A stretch of 37,386 bases of DNA. It comes from Paraspadella gotoi (Eukaryota; Animalia; Chaetognatha). The notes beneath the pieces were generated by a model. The model saw only the letters and a program-made list of their open reading frames with translations. It did no database searches and was not told where the DNA came from. The stretch covers positions 24,106,549 to 24,143,934 of the forward strand of contig CM119268.1 of NCBI GenBank assembly GCA_051294375.1, in the 5' to 3' direction. Below are positions 10,287 to 18,537 of the stretch, one piece after another (within the stretch, counting starts at the first letter, position 1; the number at the start of each line of letters is the position of its first letter). A program made the position numbers and the translations under genes.

Positions 10287-13200
10287 ATGCTTCCCTCCTC
10301 TGATCTAACCCCAGCTAACTACACTTACCAGAAGCCACCACCACTTCCTGTTCCACCTCTCAGGCAGACCTTGGATGCCTACTTAGAAGGTTTGGGGGTA
10401 ATTGTAAATGATGAGAAGGTGGAAAAGACAAAAAGGTGGGTGGAGGAGTTCATGAATGGAGATGGACCAAGGTAAGACTTATTTTTAAAGTTTAGTTGGA
10501 GAAAATACTTCAAATACTTTGACATTGAATTTAGGTTGCAACAAAAACTGGAAACCAAATGTTCAACTCAAGAAAATTGGATCAATGATTGGTGGCTTGA
10601 TGATATGTACCTGAAGGTAAGAAAACAGCTTTGATGGTTTATTGTACTTTTATGCAAAGAAATGCTCACTAGGCCCCATTTATTTAAATAATTTAACTTT
10701 TTTATTTCACTTAGGTTCGTCATCCTCTTCCAGTCCATTCTAATCCTGGGATGATTATTTCCCGGGAAAACTTCACTTCAATAGAAGATTTAATCTCCTT
10801 TGCAGCAAAATTAGTTGCTAATCTCGTGGATATAAAAACATCAGTAAGAAAGAGAGAGAAAGAATAGTTGTAGTGGGGAAGTCTTGACCAATGTCAAATA
10901 CTTTTCACGGTCTTTCAAATTTATAGTAGGTAAAAATTAGACGTTGAGATTTAAACAAGTTTGAGCAAACAATGTCGGATCTGCCCACGATCATTATCGG
11001 TAATTAATTAAATAATTAATAATTAATTTATTCAAGTTAATTTATTGAAGTTAATTATTTAATTAATTAGGCAATTTGATCCGAAATGTTTGTTTTGATT
11101 GATTAATTGACTGATTAATTAATTGTTGATTAATTAATTGACTAATTTATTAATTAACTGATTAATTATTTGATTAATTAATACATCTTGCATTTACATT
11201 TAAAATAAAAATAAAAATAAACATAATCAATTGGTGAAACAGGTTCTTTGTTTTTTCCATTTAAACTCATTTCCAACTCACGATTCCATCGAAACTTGAT
11301 TTCCAGTTTACCACGCACTTTTCTACCCAAATACAAAATTTCAAGTCAATCGCCCCATCCACTCATGAGTAATTAGTGTTCAAAATAGTGAAATATATTT
11401 TTTGGTTTTTCCCATTTAAACTCATTTCCACCGGACTATTCCATCAAAACTTTATATCCAGCTCAATCACACACTTCCCTACCCACACACAAATTTCATT
11501 CCAATCCATCAATCCAATCACGAGTAATTGGAGTTTTTTGTGCTAAGGTGGGACGGATGGACGGATGGACAGACAGACAGATGGACAGACGGATGGACAT
11601 CTTTTTTTGCATAATTTATCTTAATTCGATGTTCTGACATGATTTAAATTAATGCCTAACAAGATTGGGGGGGCGGACCGACGAACCGACAAAGTGAATT
11701 ATAGAAATAATAAGTAGATTCGATTAAAAAAAGAGAAAGAGAGAGAGAGAGAGAAAAAGAGAGAGTTTTCCCGCCAACGAGACGCATTATTAGGTCACTC
11801 TCGTTTATATCGGTTATCCGTTGGCTCGCAATGGCGGCGTGATCTAGATCAAGTTGATTTTTTTTATAAACGTAACTGATTAATTATTTGATTAATTAAT
11901 ACATCTTGCATTTACATTTAAAATAAAAAGAAAAAGAAACATAATCAATTAGTGAAACATGTTTTTGTTTTTTCCATTTAAACTCATTTCCACTCAAACG
12001 ATTCCATCGAAACTTGATTTCCAGTTTAATCACACACTTTTCTACCCAAATTCAAATTTTCAAGTTAATCGCCCCATCCACTCATGAATAATTGGTGTTC
12101 AAATAGTGAAATATATTTTTTGGTTTTTTCCATTTAAACTCTTTTCCACTCGGACTATTCCATCGAAACTTTAAATCCAGCTCAATCACACATTTCCCTA
12201 CCAGCACACAAAATTTCATTCTAATTCATCCATCCAATCACGAGTAATTGGTGTTTATTGCTAAGGTGGGACGGACGGACGGACATCTTTTTTTTTTGCA
12301 TAACTTATCATAATTTGATATTCTGACATGATATATTGAATGCCTGACAAGATTGAGGGGTCGGACGCGGAACGCGACAAAGTGAATTATAGAGTCGAGA
12401 TCTGCTGTAAGAATTAAAAAGTAATAAATTGGGTAGCAATAATTTGTTCATCCGAAAATGTTTTATATTTATACGATTTTAACAATTGCTGAAATTGCCA
12501 ATTAACAATTGCCCTCAGTAACCATTGATTGCAAACAACTAATGGATATATTCTTTGGTTCAATAAATCCCTATATTCAGGTTTTCAAAATTTTTAAGAC
12601 TCAAATTTATTTGAAGGAGCTCAAAAAATTTAAAATTATTAATATATTAATTAACTGGAACATCTACTTATAAACATATTAAAATTTTTACCCTTTGCAG
12701 TCAAAATTTCCCATTAAATTTATTGTTTTTGCTTCATCTTTTCTCTAAGATTCTGGATAAAAGAGAACTACCCCAGGATACCATTGGATCGAAAGCTGCT
12801 CCACTCTGCATGGAGCAACACCAACGCCTCTTTAATGTCTACCGCGCACCCTGTGTTAATGTGGATGAACATTTGCTTGCAATGCCCTCCAGATCTGGTC
12901 ACATTATTGTTGCTTACAAGGGCCAGTTCTACTCTTTGACGGTGGGCACAGATATAAAGCGTCACAATAAAAATACTAATTCTATTTAACAATATCTAAG
13001 AAAAGTCTTACTATAATCCTCCTAATTGGCCCGTATTTGCCTAAATTTTCTCTTCTCCATAAACTCGTTGAATCCCTGTTTCCTCCTCAGGTTGTCGCTG
13101 GTTCAGAACCTGTGGCCGAATCGGTCATACAAGATCAAATCGCCTATATTGTTCGCAGCATCGATCAAGGTGATGTTGTGCCTCAGCCTCAAGTGGGTGT

Positions 13201-16200
13201 GGCCACCTCATGGCACAGAGATTCTTGGGCAAGGCTGCGAGCAGAGATGGTACAGTCTCAGGTCAACGCTGACAGTCTAAAGAAAATCGAGACCAGGTTT
13301 TATTTTAATTAAATTTTTTTTATAATGCTTTCAAAATGAAAATTCTATTTTGTTATCAAAAGTGTGATTAAATGTTTATTTTATAAAATTAGCTTAATTT
13401 TTTTTAGAGAACTTGTCAAAGTTTATGTCTCTTCCAGTTTCTTTATTCTATGCATTGATGAAGGATGCGGAGATAAAGCAGAAGACGAAGCTGGAAGAAT
13501 CGCGCAAATGTTGCACGGTTGGGGAACAAATCACAATGGAAACAACAGATGGTATGAAAATATATTCAATTTTATTCAAATACAACAAGGTTGACACAAT
13601 ACCCTCATAATCAACAAACCTATACTAAGTCTAATTGAGCAAATGAAAACAATAGAATAGAAAAAAAATAATTAGAATAAATTAATTCATGAACAATTTA
13701 AAATTGTTCTCATGTTGTAAAAAACGAAACTAGTTTCTGAAGAACTGTATTTTTGTATAAATGCATAAATGGTAATGTTAAATGGTAAATGAAATCTTAA
13801 AAAAATGAACAAAAGTACCATAGTACACATCATACTTATAGCTATTAACAAAAGAAGAGGAAATAAATTGTAAGGAAATGAAATTAAATGCAATGAAAAT
13901 TATTCAGGCTAAGTTTTGCTTACTTAAATTAAAAATAGTAATTAATAGCTTTTTTTGGAAAGAAGAAATTACAGGAAAAAAGTTTATGATTAAGTAAAAT
14001 AGATGATAATGTTTTGTTTAGAAAAGAAATTAAATTCACTCAATAAAAATTACTTACTTACTATTGATTATTTAGGTATGACAAGACGCTCCAATTCATT
14101 ATTTCCAAAGATGGTGACTTTGGTCTCAATTATGAACATTCATGCGCAGAAGGCATTGCAGTCATCAATGTTGTCGAAAAAGTCTTGTACCGAATCAGGT
14201 GTGAAATTTCAAACACAAATATATAAATATATAGTTATTATTCAATATTTATTTTGCAGAGATTCAAAGGCGACTCCAACAATTGGTTCTTCTCTTATTA
14301 TCCCAAAGTTACCATCAAAACTTAGGTGAGAATAAAAATAAAGATATTATTATAAAGTCAGGCAAAACAAATAAAAAAGAACAAAAAATCCATTTAGATT
14401 AAAAAATTAATGAAATTAATTAATATTGAACTAAACATTTTAGTGATTAATTCCAAAGGCTATGTTACAAGTTTTTTTTAGAAATATATTATGCTTTTCC
14501 CTTGTGTGAGTACCGTGTTGGTAGACAGATCTTCATATGGCAAGCGCCAAAGTCTTTAAAAAATGTTATGCAAAAAGTTAGGAAAGAAGCATCGCAGGAA
14601 ATGGACCATGAGATGGATCTGATAGACCAAGTAAATTCGTTGTTAAAAAAGAGGACAGATTTTGAGGAAAGAAATTGTTATTTAGCTTTTAACTTTGAAT
14701 CTTTGGAATTTTAGTAATATAATGTGACTAATTATTATCATTTATAGTTTATAATTTTTTTTCTTATCTCCTTAACTTTCTTCTTCAAAAGATCCACTTA
14801 ACCTGCACCATCAAACTCGCCTCCGCACTGCAGCCTCAGCGCTGGATGACCTCGTTGCAGACCTGGATCTCGCGGTGCTGAGGTTCACTGATTTTGGAAA
14901 AGATTTTATCAAGAATAACAGGATGAGTCCTGATGCCTTTTTCCAGTTGGCGCTGCAAATGGCCTATTTGATTGTAAGTGAAATTTTATCTGTCTGTTAT
15001 CTTAACAGTTTCTAAGAAGTTTTTATGATAAAATAGAACAAATATATTTATCTATCCTTCATCCTATCTTTCTATTATTGATACATAATTCTATATTATG
15101 AGCAGTTTTCAGTAGAAATGGACGCCTACTGCGAGAAATAACGTTTTGTAAATGTAGTTGTGAAGATTTGATTATAAATATTATAAATTTTTTTCCTAAT
15201 AGGTTACAATACAAAATGATATATTTAACCCATAAAGTGGGAACTTGTTAATGTGCTGCAGTGTATATATATTTTTTCCATTACCAGGTCACAACCACCT
15301 AGTTGCCACTTACGAAAGCGCCCCCTTCGTAGATTCCATTTAGGCCGTGTGGATGTATCAGAGCTGCAACCCCTGAGGCAAAGGTTTTTGTAAGAGCAGC
15401 CAATGAAGATAGGTAATGCCTGACTGTTTAAAAAGCAATTAGATGTAGAATACGATGCCGCGAGCGTTCGTCCATTGTACACAAGATCCCAATTTCCGAT
15501 CGGGCTGTAGTCCGTCACTACAGGTGGGTTAGACGCCCCGTCGCGCTTTTCTTGCGTGAATCAGCAGGGCCGAATCCGAGTCCATGGGTTGGCAGGAACT
15601 CGAGCTACCTTTGGCGCCATAGGTGCTGCTGATTCTTAGACGAGTAGAGGGTATAAAATACTACCGCTACATAGTGTAATTGGACTTCTATTTAAAGTGG
15701 ATTGATTTGAAAATTTGACAAATTTATTCTATGAAAATAATCATAGCATTTGAAAATCAATAAAAGGTTTTATTCACAAACTTTATTCTAAGCGAGAATC
15801 ATCTCTGCTTCTTCAAGCTGTAGAAAAACAAACTTCATTGACAAAAAAAGTTGTGATGGAAATGGAATTGACAATCATTTGCTTGGTTTGCGGATGGCGT
15901 CTGAGGATGAAGGTCAGGGAAAATTAATATTTTTCACTTTCTTCATTTTTTAAATTTTAACAGTTAATTTTTAACGTAAATTAATTTTAATGTAAAAATA
16001 TAAATTTTTGGTGATAAAAAGTTAGTTTGGTTATTTGTTATTAAAAAAATATTATATAAAACCTAAATTATTTACCTTGTAACTATTATTTATCAGCAAA
16101 GTCGTCTTCCATAATTTTGTTTTCCAAGTTTGAATTTTTATTTTTAACACATATTAAAGGGAATGATGATTATGATCAAGTATATTCATATTATGAACAT

Positions 16201-17336
16201 TTTTTTTTATTCTGGTATGTGATACATTTACCACAATATCTTATCAATCAAAAAATGAAGAATGAAAAAATTGTAATCGTTTTAATAGGAACTGAAGGAT
16301 CAATAGTAATTATGTCTTATTCCAAAGTAATAATTCGACTTTTTCAAATATTTACCTTCTGAAGAAAATCTTTATAACATAGAAACTCCAGGTTAAAGTC
16401 CCTGTATTGTTTTTTCTCTGCGCAACAAAAATTTTAAGAAGAAAAATAATTAATAAATAATGAAAACATTTTCTCCTGCTCTAGTCTAAGCGTCGGAATT
16501 CTCCTTAATAATAAATAATAATAATAAATAAAACTCTTTTTAAATAATACTTAATCCATACACATCGGTTTCGCTATTAATTATTTATTATTAAATAATC
16601 TTCTTAAATTTTTGCCTTTTAGGTCTTACCCTTCCAATCTTCACTGATCCTTCCTTCACAACATTTCACCATTTCTCACTTTCAACTTCACAAGTTCCAA
16701 CCAGTGATGAAAATTCCTTCATGTGCTATGGTGCAGTAACACCTGATGGTTATGGTGCCGCATATAATCCAAAGCCCAATAGTTTTCTTTGCGTTGTTGC
16801 TTCTTTCAAGGTTTGAATTTTCAAATTTGGCTTCTTTGACAAATAGCCTCTTCTAATAAAATGCGAAGAACAGACTGCTTACTTGACATTGAGATATGTC
16901 TAACCTTAAAGTGATAATTTAAAAAAAAGATTGTTCATGGAAAAGCAAGCAAAAAACTTAATATCCATAAATCATTTACTGTAGAAGTAATAAAGTCAGG
17001 TACAACAAGAGTCAAAGTAAAAAGTAAATTGATCAACTTGTGATTTTCTACTGAATTTTTTGACAACTGAAAATACTTCATAAAACTTAGCTTGGTTTAA
17101 CTCTTTCAGTTGCAGAATATGCAGCTGGAATAATAACATTTATTGTCTTTTATCAGTCGAACCCAGCGACGTCATCTCATCGTTTCATTTCTTTGCTGAC
17201 AAAGTCATTAAAGATGATGCAGAAGTTGGTTGACAACAACACTGATGACATGGATGGCCAAGTCATTAAGAAAACACAAGTCGAATCTGATTCTGGTCTG
17301 AGACAACGACAACGACAACGACAACGACTGCTTTAA
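10287..17336 (+). CDS. ChAT: Choline O-acetyltransferase-like (choline/carnitine acyltransferase family), ~13 exons; small indels in exons 9-11
   Basis: Exons 10287-10471, 10535-10616, 10715-10843, 12750-12941, 13091-13296, 13438-13551, 14076-14198, 14260-14325, ~14792-14973, 15288-15412, ~15793-15912, 16623-16810, 17157-17336. Motifs: PPLPVPPLRQTLDAYL, NWINDWWLDDMYL, PLPVHSNPG, PLCMEQ, LHG..NRWYDKTLQ, catalytic-His YEHSCAEG, DFGKDFIK..SPDAFFQLALQ, ATYESA.LRRFHLGRVD.IRAATPEA, GIDNHLLGL, LSTSQVPT, MCYGAVTPDGYGAAYNP. GRVD (not GRT[ED]T) and DNHL (not DRHL) are the choline-type rather than carnitine-type residues. Confidence 0.88.
10952..11731 (+). mobile_element. HINE/DINE-1-like element, copy B, in ChAT intron 3
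   Basis: Reverse-complement match to 961-1783, for example GAGCAAACAATGTCGGATCTGCC.ACGATCAT, two ~155-bp units, a (GGAC/AGAC)n tract at ~11550-11598, and CGACAAAGTGAATTATAG with a degraded hairpin end. Confidence 0.65.
11873..12406 (+). mobile_element. HINE/DINE-1-like element, copy C (5'-truncated, tandem to copy B)
   Basis: Repeats 11155-11705 with substitutions and ends GACAAAGTGAATTATAGAGTCGAGATCTGCT, which is one arm of the hairpin seen at 966-995. Confidence 0.65.
16005..16406 (+). mobile_element. MITE-like element in ChAT intron (right TIR plus TA retained)
   Basis: Diverged homolog of 3535-3945; ends TCCAGGTTAAAGTCCCTG|TA. Confidence 0.6.
16426..16614. repeat. Imperfect ~35-bp inverted repeat pair (foldback)
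   Basis: CAAAAATTTTAAGAAGAAAAATAATTAATAAATAAT versus the reverse complement of ATTATTTATTATTAAATAATCTTCTTAAATTTTTG. Confidence 0.5.
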
Positions 17337-18537
17337 AAGATCTTGGATGCAGCATCTCCAGAGCCTTGACATCAGCTCGCAGAAGATTTGGATTTTTGAC
17401 GTCAAAATCAATGGACTCATAGATTATTGAATAATATTTTAATCGGGTTGAAAAAATAATAAACTATATTTTAAGTTTATTACTTTGTGTCGCAAGTGAT
17501 ATATATTATAATATTTTTTTTTAAATGTAACACCTGCGAAACCTTTACCATAGTCTCAAAAAATTATTATAAACTATATTATCACTTTGATTCATTACTT
17601 TTAATTATCAGTCACGATAATGATATGCATGAAAAATTCAATATTTTATAAAAGAAATAGTTGTTTATTTAATGTTTACCCACCATATTGTACACATTTC
17701 TCAATTTTAAATCTGCCGTCCAGTTTTTTATTCTAAATAAATTTTAGCTTACAGATTTATTATAAAGATAATTTAAATATATTTGATTGTTTCTCTACTA
17801 ATTTTTGATACTATCTATTCTAGTGAGATTGCACTTTTAAAGCAATGCTAAAATACTTTCATTTAAGTAGGCTTTAATAATAAACCTCAACATGCTATGG
17901 ATCTCCTCCTCTATTGAAATCTCAAACATCATTTTTTAATTTAAAAATGAATGAAATCAAATTTAATTTAAAATATGTGGGATTAAATTCAAAATGAAGG
18001 CAAGAGACAAATTCCATTTCAAAACTTTTTCTTAAGACAAAATTGTTTTGTTTGCACAAAAATTGAATCTCATTTTAATCATTTTAAATAAACTTGACTA
18101 ATCGTTTGTTTGTTCTTATTAATAATAATAATATTATTATATATTATATATATTAATAATAATATTATTTTCAAAGAAAAGAGACATCTGTGTTTTTTTT
18201 AATTTGACTTATTTCCACAAGAGGAGCTGTGGTTTGTCGGAGAATTTTTTTGTAAACAAATGAACAGCGGCATATCTCTATTGAGTTGATATGATCAAGA
18301 AGGCGCTAAAAATACAGGGTCTTTGAGCTATTTTGGAATAAATTTGGGCTCTTATTACTAAAGAACGGTCACTTGTAGATTAAAACTGAAAACATTTTTA
18401 AAAACCTCATGATCTTAGCTTTCAGTCGAAACCAAAACTCAAAAATATAAATAGGATTAATAAAAAAAAATGGACAGTTTGTGCGACACGTCAATTTTCG
18501 TTTCGAAAATTAGATTATTTTGTCGACCTAATTAAAC

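Noticed and set aside
9770-10320. ACSS2-ChAT fusion protein by skipping the last ACSS2 exon
   Set aside because: The phase-0 donor at 9770 joined to candidate AGs at 10192 or ~10205 meets a stop at once, and the other nearby AGs checked (10246, 10314) are out of phase. ACSS2 has a normal terminal exon and stop.
2660-10965. True gene duplication with pseudogenised ACSS2/ChAT copies
   Set aside because: The complementary error gradients, indel-dominated differences and 25-N junction fit an assembly artefact better.
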